Assembly: GCA_030390025.1 (NCBI GenBank)
Contig: CM059432.1
Location: forward strand, 87,918,001 to 87,982,000
DNA length: 64,000 nt
Source of the DNA: Squalus acanthias
Taxonomy: Eukaryota
Reading direction: 5' to 3'
The notes beneath the pieces were generated by a model, which searched no databases, was not told where the DNA came from, and saw only the letters and a program-made list of their open reading frames with translations. This document shows, piece after piece, positions 24,041 to 36,412 of the stretch. The position numbers and the translations under genes were made by a program. The number at the start of each line of letters is the position of its first letter. The stretch's first letter is position 1.

Positions 24041-25659
24041 AAGACACTGGGAATTTCCTCAGGTATCATTTTTGGATTGACCTGGGGTTTATAGCTAGTA
24101 AAGAATCATTAGGGAAGATTTCCTCTGTGTACTAGATGTACTGAAACCATGAACAGATTTATAAAGAGCATGTTTACAAATTCACTACACCTAATGCACA
24201 GAGGGGAAAGAAGTGTTGGTATAGAGGAGAAAAGTAATCTTCTTAGAGGTAACTTTAACAATGAAGTAGAGCTTAAAAATATACTTTTGTGTAAAAAATT
24301 GTAAAATCGTGTATAGTATAATTCGTTTGTGTACTAGTGGGTCACCTGTGGCACTGCATATGGTGAATTGGACAATATCATCTCATTCTTACTTGTCTTT
24401 GTTGTCTTCATGTTGCTGTTTTTCTGTCTCTCCTGCTTCTGTATGTCCCTATTCACTCTGCTTCTCTTTCATTAAATTTCCTTTTCCTTACCTCTTTGTT
24501 CTCTTCTACATCTCTTGTTCTATGTTTTTTTTTCTTGCTTCATTTTGGGTGGGAGGTGACAAAGTATGGTGGGGAAAGGATATACCACATTATTGGTGGG
24601 GTCTCTGAGGGAAAAATGTAGCTCCTTGTGACTCCTTCCCATCCTCTGCCCTCATCAGTCATGCTTTCCCCATCCTTTATTCCATCATATCTCCATCCCT
24701 TTACTTTCCAACTAGCTCCTCCCCCATCCACCCAAACTATCACTCCCATCACTACCCTAACTCTTCCCTGGTTCCTTCCTTCTCTTTGTTCCATTGTCAC
24801 TCACCTCACCCTTAACCCTCCATCTACTCCTCCACTTCCACTCACTTCCCCAAGGCTAGATGGTGCAAGGTCCCCTCACCCTCAATTTGTTCCCCTCCTA
24901 TGTTTTCCTCAAAAATGCTTTCCTTTTGAACATTCAACTTACTTGTGCTTTAAATTAGAATAGGAAGCACACTTTGCCTGCTCTCTGTATCTCTCTGTGT
25001 GCCTCCCTGTTTTTACCTCTCATTGGTTAGCAATTAGAATCTCTATCACAAATAGATTCACATTTTCTGTCACCAAAATACAAGTTAAATAATTAGAAGC
25101 TTTCTGTCTTCAAAATTCAGCTGTTTTTTGGAAAATAAACACATTTTTGAAAGAAAAGACAGTCTCTCTAAGCTTAATACACTTTCTGAAGTTTCTAAAA
25201 CACAAAACAAAAGCTACAACAGGTGTGTAATCAATACACTATCATTTTCTCTCTCTCACATGCATGCACAGCCTAGCCTCACTGTTTAAAAAAAACACAA
25301 TAAGCTTTACATGAATTAAGCTTTTAAGATTTGTGCTCCATCTTCTCTTCAAGTAATTTTGAAAAATAAAACTGAGCAAAAACTACAGGAGTCGAAGAAA
25401 AACATTCCATCAGTTGATCTGTCTGAACAATACTGATGCATCCTGGGAAAATAGGTACATTCCATGCGCTCTGACCTTTGATTCAGCTGGCAAAATCACA
25501 GCTCTGGGCAAAAATATCACCTCCAAGACCAAATCTTTGGGACAATAAATGCATTGAAAGACACAACAGGCAATGCAGTGGAAAAACTTAATCATGTTAT
25601 TTGAAGTGTGTAACTTTTTGATTGTTTTCATTCATTTAAAACCTTACCTGGACACTACA

Positions 25660-26265
25660 AATTTCAGCATCTGAGTTCTCAAGATAGGCTAAAAGAGTTG
25701 GGACTCTACACCTTAGAGAAGTATGGACTTAGAGGTGATCTGATTGAGGTTTATAAAACAATGAAGGGAATAGATTGCGTTCCAGTTGACCGTTTGTTTT
25801 AATTAAATAGATTAGGGAGGACCGGGGTCACAAATTTAAGTCGTATAAGGCCAGATCTAGGTTAGATATCAGGATGTGGTTCTTGTCCCAGAAAATAGTG
25901 AACCTCTGGAACAGGCTACCATCTCGTGCGATGGATGCTGATTTGCTGAATTCCTTCAAGTGAGAGCTGGACTTGTTTCTGGTGGGGCGGAGATCACCTC
26001 TTATAGAAGGTAGGTACTGCAGGGAATTCAGGGCCAGAGTGATTTCCTGAACTAGTTTCGATCGCCTAGATGGTTTGGAGAGGAATTTCCCAGGTTTTTT
26101 TCCCCAAATTGGCCTGGGTTAAAAATCTTTTTGCCTCTCCCAGGAGATTACATGGTTTCAGGTGGGGTGGTGTGCATATATTGTGATACACAAAGTATCG
26201 CAATTGGGTGGGACAGGCTCGATGGACCAAAGGGTATTTACCTGACCGTTGTTGTTCGTATGTAA
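25660..26265 (+). mobile_element. CR1 3' fragment (divergent subfamily)
   Basis: RLKELGLYTLEK.GLRGDLIEVYK-like coding, with a distinct 3'UTR and tail ttcgtatgt. Confidence 0.8.
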
Positions 26266-26729
26266 TTACTGAGAAAAAATGGCAGTCGACATTTTTCTCA
26301 GAAAGCATTTCAAGTGATTTGTGATGAAAAGTTAATACAACACTGAGTCATGGTGTGACAGGGATCTGTGACAGCCAACTGAGACAGCTAAGTGATAAAT
26401 TAACATAGAGAAGTCTATTAGAGTGCCATCTATTGGCATCACATAGAAATATAACAGGTAAGTGTAAAGAACTTAAGATGGGATTCTCCATAGGAAAAAC
26501 GTTCATAGGACTTTGGAATGCATGATACACGTACCGATTTGAATATTTTTGTAGATATAACTTGCATCAAAGTTACATTAGATATTATTCTAAAACTTGT
26601 ATATATGTGTTAGAAAAGGATGCACATTGGAGGAAGATTTCCTCAGGCCATCATGTGTTTGTGAGATGTTAAACACTGTGGGAAGATTCCTGTGTTTGCT
26701 ATTTCTAGTGAATTCCTAAGATGTTCTTT

Positions 26730-27992
26730 AGAACATAAGAAATAGGAGCAGGAGCAGGCCATTCAGCCCCTCGAGCCTGCTCCGCCATTTAATGAGATCA
26801 TGGCTGATCCGATTTTGGCCTCAACTCCACTTTCCTGCCTGCTCCCCATAACCCTTGACTCCCCTGTTGCTCAAAAATCTGTCTATCTCAGCAGTACTCT
26901 AGGTGTGGTCTCACCAGCGCCCTATACAGTTGTAGCAAGACTTCCCTACTTTTATGCTCTATCCCCCTTGAAATAAAGGTTAACATTCCATTTACCTTCC
27001 TAATTACTTGCTGCACCTGCATGTTAACTTTTTGTGTTTCATTTACGAGGACACCCAAATCCCTCTGTACCGTCGCATTCTGTAGTCTCTCTCCATTTAA
27101 ATAATATTTTTATTTTCTATTCTTCCTACCAAAGTGGATAACTTCACATTTTCCCACATTATACTCCATCTGCCACTCACTTAGCCTATCTATACCCCTT
27201 TGCAGACTCTTTGGGGTAAAAATTGAGTCGCGCCCCATTTGGGGCGCTAACCTCGCCGGGGCGCGACTTTTAGCGCCCCGAAAAAATTAGCGGCCCCGCG
27301 CCGGAACTTCAGTGGTTGCGCCCCAAGAGGGAAGCGGGGCGCAACTGGAAGCAGCCCGCATCCCTCTTGGGGCGCTGCGAGTGAATATCCTGGCGCTACG
27401 TGGCGCTGCGGCACGTCGCGCCGCGGTATTGCAGGCCTTCCTCCCCTTCTTAAAGGGGAGGGACCCTGCGCAGCGCGAACCGGGGCCCAGCTGGGCCCCC
27501 AGGGATCAGGAGTGCCGGCAAAAGAGCCCGGCACTCAAGAGAAGTGCCGGGCTCTTGGAGCGCAGCCGGCACTTCACGGTGGGGGGGCTTCACGGGGGCC
27601 GGGGGCAGGTGCTGGCAGGCGGCCAGCAACAAAAATGGCCGCCTGCCACCTCCGCTTTAAATATCGCCGCCCCGGCCGCACGTACGCCTCCCTGAACCCG
27701 TCGGACATAGCGTCTGGCGGTAAATCAGGGGGCGCGACTGAAGATCACGGCCGGGGCGCGAGCGGGGTGCTGCGCACGGCGATGACGTCATCGCCGGCGG
27801 CACAGGGCGCTACCGGCTGCCGCCGCCGCTAACCTCCCACTAAATTTTTCGGGAGGCGTGGGCGGCGCTGCGCCCGGGCGTTAGCTGCTTTACGCCCCAT
27901 TAGCGCCCTCTTAAGGCGCTAACGGGAGGCGCAAGCAGCTGAATTTTTCCCCCTTTATGTCCTCCTCACAACTTGCTTTCCCACCTATCTTT
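26730..27992 (-). mobile_element. Internally deleted CR1 split by a MITE
   Basis: Homologous to 6058-6971; rejoins across 27213-27953. Confidence 0.88.
27213..27953 (-). mobile_element. Harbinger-type MITE, family A-related, very CpG-rich
   Basis: Ends GGGGTAAAAATTGAG / CTGAATTTTTCCCCC; TSD TTT. The right end is the reverse complement of the left end of 23064-23955. Confidence 0.92.
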
Positions 27993-28298
27993 ACGATTAG
28001 AATGATTTAACTAGAAATAACAACCAAAAGAAATCTTCTTTCATCACCAAAACACAGCAACCAGTGGAAATCTATCATTATGTAAAAAATGTTTATGAAA
28101 ATGGGCAAAGTTATTTTTGCATATAATGAGCATGATTCTTCACTGGAAATTAGGACTGAACATGAAATATTAAACATGAAAGCTATTTCATCAGAAGGGA
28201 ATTGTTTATCATGTGTAGTTGGTGGAAAATGTATGGTATTCATCTTAATTTATAGGTTCATAATGTGAAGTGAATTATTTTGTTTTGTGTTAATATAG

Positions 28299-28417
28299 GT
28301 CTGGGATGAAAATCTAGCCAAGTCCGCCGAGTCTTGGGCTGCTATGTGTATATGGGACCATGGACCATCGTATTTACTGAGATTTCTTGGACAAAATCTA
28401 TCAGTTCGCTCTGGACG
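28299..28417 (+). CDS. PI15: PI15-like coding exon 2
   Basis: Acceptor taatatag, then [39 protein letters not shown](R), donor GTGAAT. 119 nt, phase-compatible with neighbours. Not in the ORF track. Confidence 0.95.
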
Positions 28418-28504
28418 GTGAATGTTTGCTTTTTAAGTTGTTTCTCCTGAAATGCGACTGTATTTTTTTTACTTTTTGTATGCAAGTTCATTTAATTCCC
28501 TTCT

Positions 28505-28870
28505 ATATCCTGAGCCATACAGACCAGGAAGATCGCTGGTCCCATTCCCATTCTGTGCTCCGTTTGCTGATCTCAGCCAAGGAGGTAGTAGGGCTCCACA
28601 ATTGGCCTCAGTCCCCTGGGACTAGAGAGGAGGAAAATCAACCAGGACTCTGAGTCCTGATCTCTATCCAGTGACAGCTACTGGTGTGTATATGCATGCC
28701 ATGTGATGACAGGATCAGACTCGAATGTGATCTTCGCTACGATTAAATAGCTTTCTAACACTCACGGTCGAGCATTTCACATGAAAGATGGCCACTTGGG
28801 TTAGATACTAGAAGGTGGCTGGCATACATGGAGCTGTATTCCAGCAAGAAACTGTGCCATTAGAGTAGAA
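28505..28870 (+). repeat. LF-SINE-like element
   Basis: gaccaggaag...gctgatctcagcc...acaattggcctcag...tcctgatctctatccagtgac...gatggccacttggg follows the LF-SINE consensus order. Confidence 0.75.
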
Positions 28871-29173
28871 AAAAAAGTAAAAAAATTATAGCCCATGTAT
28901 TCCTATATCAGAACGAGCAGATTGTGGTACTAAGGCAAATTGCTTCCCCCCAAAATTGTTCACCTCTTATGTAATGTGGCACCCTGGCATCATATTCTTT
29001 TGTACTTTATTTCAAATTCCATCTTCATCTATGTAACCAGTTCACACTAATGTGACAGGTGATTTTTTACAAAGGGAGGGAAAAAATGAAACCGGTACAG
29101 GGTCTGTTATTGATTTAGGTTTGTATATACTGTTCTGACTGCACCATGCAAACATGTCCAAACGAAAATATAA

Positions 29174-29916
29174 GGGCCCGAAAATTAGACCTAATATGCG
29201 AGAGTACGCACTGTGTACTCTCGCGTTTTAGGTCTCCAATTGCCGGTTTTCAGCATGCACGGGAAACCGGCACTTCGTGAACTCAAAAGGGGGCGGTTCC
29301 TAAGTGAACCGCATGCGCACTACAGGCTGCGCGCACGCAGTGCACTTAGTGCTTTGAACGCGCAGGTAAGCATGGAAGATTTTACACATAAAGAAAGGAG
29401 GCGTAAGACCCTCTTTAAACAAGGTAAGTAGTTAATTAAGTATTATTTTAAATTTTTTTCAACAGGTTTATCTTTTTTAGAGACTTTAAAGAAAGGTAAG
29501 TTTATTTTTATAACTTTTAAAAAGATTTTAAATTTTTTCAAAAATTTAAATTTTTGTTTAAAGTGGTTAATTTATTTAAATATAGTTATTTTATTAATGT
29601 GATGGTTTTTTTTTAATTTAATTGAGGTTTAGCTGTTCTTTTGGGGGTAAGTTGTATTCATAGCTTTGACAGTTGTCCTGTCAAAACTATGAATGAAAGA
29701 TGGTGTGCTGCCATTGGCTCTAACTGAATCACGTGATCCCACAGCTCGCACGAACTAACTGCGTCTGTGGGTCACGCAAGCACTGCACAGCTGCATGTGG
29801 GACTGGCCTTGAAACTAAAGTTCGTGTGAGCCCGGAGGGAAAAGGTAGGCGCGCAGTGAGATATCGCGGGGAAGCCTTACCCCCGCAGGAATGCTCCGTG
29901 TTTAATTTCTGGGCCA
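29174..29916 (+). mobile_element. Harbinger-type MITE, family B
   Basis: Ends gggcccgaaaatta / taatttctgggcc; inverse homolog of 42595-43359. TSD unclear. Confidence 0.8.
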
Positions 29917-30183
29917 TTGTTGTCAATGTGTAACCTTTATTTTTAATGTAAATTATGTGATCGTTGTTAATTTTAATATATTTAAGGCTCTAAGATATTG
30001 GCTAGCAGTCTTAATATGTCTGTTCTATTTGCAGTGGGACAAAAACAAAATCATCCAGAGCTAATTCCAAATTGATGTGCATGTGCACAGGCAGAGCAAA
30101 TTAATAAACAAAGTCTGGGGGGTAGATGGTTTAGAAGAAATTAATATTTATAATGAATGGCCTGCACTGTCATTTCCTAATTG

Positions 30184-30300
30184 TCAGCTTGGCTCAATTG
30201 GTCGTTCTCTTGCTTGAGTCAGAAGGTTGTAGGGTGAAGCCCAATGCAAGGATTTAAGCTGACACTCCAGTGCGGGATTGAGGGAGTGCTGCATTATCAA
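30184..30300 (+). repeat. SacSINE1/DeuSINE-like head (continues at 32385)
   Basis: tRNA-like head tggctcaattgg...gagtcagaaggttgt, followed by gctgacactccagtgc. Confidence 0.65.
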
Positions 30301-32384
30301 CAACAACTTATATTTATATTGGGTATCTCCCATTTTGGGGCGCTAATATCGGCCGAGCGCAAAGTTTAGCACCCAGCGCTAATTCTCGCCTTCGACTGCA
30401 AAATTCGCCTCTATCGCCCCCTTGAGGTGATTTGAGCGCTAAATCAGGCGCTGCACACCTCTCTTAAGGCGCAAACGTCGGGGAGCGAGGCGCTACCTCA
30501 GAACGCTACCGAAGCTCAGGCGATGTCAGTTGCCATGGAAGCCAGACAGACTGGCGCCGTCCAGTTCTTAAAGGGAAGGGGTCATCTTGCTGGCCAGCCG
30601 CACCCTGCTCATTGCAGCCTTGAATCTCGGCCTGGAGAGACCTCTAAAGCAATTGTGTTGGCAGCACTAATGGATAGGCCCAGGGAAAGAGCTTGGCACT
30701 TTGGAAGCTCAAAAGTGGTGCTGAGGGCCAAAACTCCTTAGGACAGCGTTAAATCTTTCCAGACGTCTCTCTCTCAACCTGCGTGTACCAAATATTTTGC
30801 CAACAAGAAAAGGCAGGAAGCGCCTGCCATTAAATAGCGCTCCCCCAGCCCTTTCCCGACTTGAAAACTGACATCACGATCTGCGGGCGCGGGAGATCGT
30901 GGTGGTAGTGTTTAGCGCCGCCGCAAAACGACTGGTCAATTTCGTGAGCAGCGCTAAAACCGCCGCGCTTAGGTGCTAAGTTCCTAGCGCCCTGTTAGCG
31001 CCCCCCCCCCCCCCGGAGACGCTAACAGGAGGTGCTAACTAACCAAATTTTTCCCCCATAGTGCCTTTAACATAGTAAAACATCCCAAGATGTTTCACAG
31101 GAGTGTTATAAAACAAAATATGACACTGAGCCACATAAGGAGAAATTAGGGCAGGTGAACAAAGAGGAAGGTTTTAAGGAGCGTCTGAAAGGAGGAAAGA
31201 AAGGTGGAGAGGCGGAGAGGTTTAGGGAGGGAATTCCAGAGCTTAGGGCCTTGGCAGCTGAAGGCATGGCCACCAATGGTTGAGCGATTATAATCAGGGA
31301 TGTGCAAGAGGCCAGATATCTCTGAGGATTGTGGGGCTGGAGGAGATTACAGAGATAGGGAGGGGTAAGGCCAGGGAGGGATTTGAAAACAAGGATGAGA
31401 ATTTTAAAATCGAGGCGTTGCTTAACCGAGAGCCATTGTAGGTCAGCAAGCCCTGGGGGTGATGGGTACACGGGACTTGGTTCGAGTTAGAACGCGGGCA
31501 GCCGAGATTTGGATGAGCTCAAGTTTACATAGGGTAGAACGTGGGTAGCCAGGCAGAAATGCGTTGGAATAGTCAAGTCTAGAGGTAACAAAGGCATGGA
31601 TGAGGGTTTCAGCATCAGATGAGCTGAGGCAGGGGCGGAGTCGGGCGATGTTACTGAGGTGGAAATAGACGGTCTTAGTTATGGCGTGATATGTGGTAAG
31701 AAGCGCATTTCAGGGTCAAATATGGCACCAAGGTTGCGAACAGTCTGGTTCAGCCTCAGATAGATGCTAGGGACAGGAAGGAGTTGGTGGCTCGGGAACC
31801 TAGTTTGTGGCGGGGACCGAAGACAATGGCTTCGGTCTTCCCAAAATTAAGTTGGAGGAAATTTCTACTAAGCCAGTACTGGATGTCGGATAAGTAGTCT
31901 GACAATTTAAAGACAGTGGATGGGTCGAGAGAAGTGGTGGTGAGGTAGAGCTGGGTGTCATCAGCGTACATGTGGAAACTGACGCTGTGTTTTCGGATGA
32001 TGTTACCGAGGGGCAACATGTAGATGAGAAATAGGAGGGGGCCAAGGATGGATCCTTGGGGGACACCAGAGGTAACGATGCAGGAGCAGGAAGAGAAGCC
32101 ATTGCAGGTGATTCTCTGGTCACGATTAGATAGATAAGAATGGAACCAGGCGAGTGCAGTCCCACCCAGCTGGATGACAGTGGAAAGCTGTTGGAGGAAG
32201 ATGGAGTGGTCAACTGTGTCAAAGGCTGCAGACAATCAAGAAGGATGAGGAGGGATAGTTTACCTTTGTCACAGTCACAAAGGATGTAATTTGTGACTTT
32301 GCTAAGAGCTGTTTCATTATTGTGGCAGGGCGGGGGGGCGGAAACCTGATTGGAGGGATTCAGGCATGGAGTTCTGGGAAAGAT
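30301..32384 (-). mobile_element. L2 LINE, 5'-truncated, with a MITE in its 3' tail
   Basis: Minus-strand [10 protein letters not shown]...[14 protein letters not shown]...[11 protein letters not shown] and LQWLSVKQRLDFKIL; tail gttgttg. Confidence 0.9.
30321..31057 (-). mobile_element. Harbinger-type MITE, family A (inverse of 23064-23955)
   Basis: Collinear reverse-complement match to 23064-23955. Right end AAATTTTTCCCCC|ATA; left TIR partly deleted. Confidence 0.88.
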
Positions 32385-32686
32385 CAGAGCTTCAGTTGAA
32401 ATGTTAAACCAGGGCTCTGTCTGTTCTGGTAGTTCAGGTGGATGTTAAAGATCCCAGGAGACTATTTGAAGAGTAGCACAGAGTTACATTGGATTCCTGG
32501 TCAACATTCCTCTTTCAACCAACACCAGCAAAACAGATTTAACTATTCATTCATCTCAGTGCTTGCTGTGGAATTTTGTTGTACAAAGCAACAGGCACTG
32601 TACTTCAAAGTGATTTATTTTATGTGATGTGCTTTGAAATGTTTCTGAGAGATGTGATAAGATGCTATATAAATGGAAGTGTTTCT
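32385..32686 (+). repeat. SacSINE1/DeuSINE-like body and tail
   Basis: Deu-domain-like caggtggatgttaaagatccc...ctatttgaaga; tail gctatataaatg. Confidence 0.75.
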
Positions 32687-32754
32687 TTAATTACGACTTT
32701 GTTGCCTTTTAAACAGATATCTAACAGTTTGATAATGTTTATTATTCTGTGTAG

Positions 32755-32887
32755 TTATCGAAATATTCTACAACTAGTAAAACCTTGGTATGATGAAGTG
32801 AAGAACTATGGTTTTCCATATCCTCGTGACTGTAACCCCAGGTGTCCCCTGAAATGTTATGGACCAGTGTGCACACACTACACCCAG
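32755..32887 (+). CDS. PI15: PI15-like coding exon 3
   Basis: Acceptor ctgtgtag, then [44 protein letters not shown], donor GTACAA. 133 nt. Confidence 0.95.
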
Positions 32888-32987
32888 GTACAAACCTTTA
32901 TAATATTTCTTCTGGCTCATTTTTTAAGAAAAGGTTTTATGAAGTGATATTGTGTAATAACTGAAAACAATGCTTGTTATGCTTCAG

Positions 32988-33103
32988 ATGGTGTGGGCAA
33001 CATCCAACCGAATAGGCTGTGCAATCCATACCTGTCACAATATGCATGTCTGGGGGTCAACATGGCGACGTGCTATTTACCTCGTATGCAACTATGCTCC
33101 AAA
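32988..33103 (+). CDS. PI15: PI15-like coding exon 4
   Basis: Acceptor gcttcag, then [38 protein letters not shown](K), donor GTAGGT. Completes CAP signatures HYTQMVW and LVCNY. 116 nt. Confidence 0.95.
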
Positions 33104-33221
33104 GTAGGTGCACAGATTCATTTCTACTAATTGCATTTTTTTTATCCGGCCTCTAAATGAAAGTTGTAGATAGTCACATTTTTATTCTTTATATGATATT
33201 AGCTAACAAACTTCATTCTGC

Positions 33222-33360
33222 CGTAACTTTTAACCTTTACTGCATGGAGGGTAATCTGGCGGAGAAATCAACGGAATGAAAACTGGACAGGTTCTATAAC
33301 AGGCGGGCAGCCCACTCTGCCAGATTACTGCACACGTGGTGAAAACAAAAAATTACCCCT
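33222..33360. repeat. Old short hairpin MITE
   Basis: Inverted taatctggc...gccagatta; end aaaattacccc resembles the ends of the hairpins at 47596-47680 and 56113-56274. Confidence 0.45.
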
Positions 33361-33819
33361 TTGTAATTGCACTTCATATCCTGATGTTAATTTGTTTGTT
33401 TGAATAATTTCTGCTGGGTCAGATGTTGCTACTATAGTATAATTGGTGTGAAGGCTAAGGTACAAAATGTTAGCATTCGGCCAACTTAGCAAGGTACCAG
33501 ATATTTTAATTAAAAAACTAACAATCTGACATTTAGTGCTACACTTTGCTTTGTTCATAGTTGAGGCAGCCCATTTTACATCAGCACTTAACTCTCGATC
33601 ACCAGTCGCAGAGACCTTGATGTAGGTAGCTGCCTCTCCTCTCATTTGGATAGAATGATTTGTCGAGCAGAGGTTCCTAAATAAAGGGCACACAAAAACA
33701 CTCTACATTTCATGTACTTAAGTCAATAAAACATCATGAACAATATCAAAATCTATTTGACAATTATCTATAACTTGACAATTGTATTAAACAACCAGTA
33801 GAATTAAATACATAAGCAA

Positions 33820-36412
33820 AATGATGCGGATGCAGGAAATTTGAAATAAAAACAGAAAATGCTGGAAATACTCAGCAGGTCAGGTAGCATCTGTGGAGAG
33901 AGAAACAGAGTTAACATTTCAGGTCAATGACCTTCTATGAGAACTGAAAAAAGTTAGAGATATAACAGGTTTTAAGCAAGCACAGAGGCAGGGAAAGGGA
34001 GGAGGGGAGGAAAGAACAAAAGGGAAGGTCTGTGATAGGATGGAAGGTAGGAGTGATTAAATGCCAAAAGGGATAATGGTGCAAGATGAAAGGAGATGGT
34101 AATGGGACAAGTAAAGGAACAAAAGATGGGTCTAGAGGAGGTGTAAATGGGAATAACAGAACCATTACCAACAGTTGCTCTCCGAAAAAATGGGAGCAGT
34201 GATTATGATCTGAAATTGTTGAACTCAATGTTGAGTCCGGAAGGCTATAAATTGCTTCAACGAAAGATGAGGTGCTTTTCCTCGAACTTACGTTGAGCTT
34301 CATTTCAACAATGTAGGAGGCCGAGGACAGAGAGGTCAGAGTGGGAGTGGAGCGGAGAATTAAAGTGACAGGCGACCGGAAGCTCGGAGTCACACCTGTG
34401 GACTGAACAGAGGTGTTCCGCAATCCAATCACCCAATCTGCATTTGGTCTACCCAATGTATAGGAGACCGCATAGTGAGCAGCGAATACAGTATACTAAA
34501 TTGAAAGAAGTACAAGTAGATTGTTATTTCATCTGGAAGGAGTGTTTGGGGCCCTGGACGGTGGGAAGGGAGGAGGTAAAAGAGCAGGTGTTGCATCTCT
34601 TGTGCTTGCACGGGAAGGGGAGGGGGATGTTGGGGGTGATTGATGAGTGGACCAGGGCATCGCAGAGGGAGCGGTCCCTTCAGAATGCTGAAAGGGGAGG
34701 TGAGGGGAAGATGTGTTTGGTGGTGGGATCACGCTGGAGGTGGCGGAAATGGTGGAGGATGGTCCGTTGAATGTGAAGGCTGGTGGGGTGGAAGGTGAGG
34801 ACAAGGGGAACAATATTGTGGTTCTGGGAGTCGGGAAGGAGTGAGGGCAGAAGTGCGAGAAATGGAACAGACACGGTCGAGCGCACTGTCAACCACGGTG
34901 GAGGGGATTCCTCGGTTGAGGAAAAAGGAAGACATTGGTGTGGAAGGTGACATCATCAGAACAGATCATCAGGACTGAAACGGAGAAACTAGGAGAATGG
35001 AATAGAGTCCTTACAGGAAGCAAGGTGGGAGGAAATGTAGTCAAGGTAGCTGTGGGAGTCAGTGGACTTATAGTGAATATCAGTTGCTAGCCTATCCCCA
35101 TAAATGGAGACAGAGAAGTCAAGGAAGGGAAGGGAAGAGTCACAGATGAACCATGTGAAGGCAAGGGAAGGGTGGAAATTGGAAGCAAAATGAATGAAAT
35201 TTTCACGTTCGGGCGAGAGCAGGAAACGGCACCGATAAAGTCATTAATGTACCGGAAAAAAAGGTGAGGGAGAGGACCTGAGTAGGACTGGAACAAAGAA
35301 TGTTCCACATATCCCATGAAAGGGCAGGCATAGCTAGGACCCATGCGGGTTCCCATAGCAACACCTTTAATTTGGAGGAAATGAGTGGAATCAAAAGAGA
35401 AGTTGTTCAATGTGAGGACAAATTCAGCCAGGCAGAGGAGGGTGGTGATGGATGGAGACTGGTTGGGCCTCTGCTCAAGGAAGAAGCAGAGCACTCTCAG
35501 GCCATCCTGGTGGGGGATGGAGGTGTAGAGGGATTGGGCGTCCATAGTGTAAAGGAGACGGTTAGGGCCAGGAAACTGGAAACTGTTGATGTGGCGGTGT
35601 GCGTTGGAAGAGTCATGGATGTAGGTAGGAAGAGACTGGACAAGTATAGAAAAAATAAAGTTGAGAAAGGAAGAAATCAGTTCCGTGGAGCAAGAACAGG
35701 TTGGAACGATGGGTCTACCAGGGCAGCCCTGTTTGTGGATCTTGGGAAGGAGGTAGAAGTGGGCAGTGCAGGTTTGAAGGACTATGAGGTTGGAGGCCGT
35801 GGAGGGAAGACCTCCAGAGGAGATGAGGTCAGTGACAGTCTTGGAAACGTTGGTTTGATGTTCAGTAGTGAGGTCATGGTCTAGGGGGAGGTAGGAGGAG
35901 GTGTCAGAGAGTTGGCGTTCAGCCTCCGCAAGGTAGAGGTCAGTTCACCAAACAACAAGAGCGCCACCTTTGTTAGCAGGTTTGATAATGTTAGGATTGG
36001 GTCTGCGAGAACGGAGTGCTGCAAGTTCAGAGGGAGGTAGGTTAGAGTGAGTGAGAGGAACAGAGATATTGAGACTGCCGATGTCACGCAGTTTCCAATG
36101 AAAAGAACTAGAGAAGGTAAGAGGACAGAGGGAGGGGTCCAGACGGACTGAGAATTCTGAAGATGGGAGAAAGGGTTCGCTGTGCGAGGGGAAGACTCCT
36201 GGCCAAAGCAGTGTGCGCGAAGGTGAAGGCAACGGAAGAAGAGCTCAGTGTTGTGCCGAGCTCAAAGTTCATTGAGCTGGGGCTATAAGGGGTTGAAACT
36301 GAGGCCTTTGCTGAGGACTGATCATTCAGAATCAGAAAGGGGAAGGTCAGAGGGGATAGTGAAATCACAGCAAGGGATGAAATTGGAAGAAGGGATGGGG
36401 TCAGAGGAAAGT
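33820..36412 (-). mobile_element. Penelope-like element (RT plus GIY-YIG), decayed
   Basis: Minus-strand VLSKGLSF, IIKPANKGGALVVW, MDAQSLYTSIPH, QIKGVAMGTRMGPSYA, FFRYIND. Terminal repeat at 33820-33950. Confidence 0.92.

Noticed and set aside
27247..27832. Overlapping ORFs of 60-127 aa
   Set aside because: They lie inside a GC-rich TIR/TSD-bounded MITE where stops are rare, and show no recognisable domain.
30184..30260. tRNA gene
   Set aside because: It is a degenerate tRNA-derived SINE head continuous with the SINE body; no cloverleaf is evident.
32576..32947. 123-aa ORF as a single exon
   Set aside because: Only 32755-32887 is PI15-like and splice-bounded; the flanks are SINE tail and intron.
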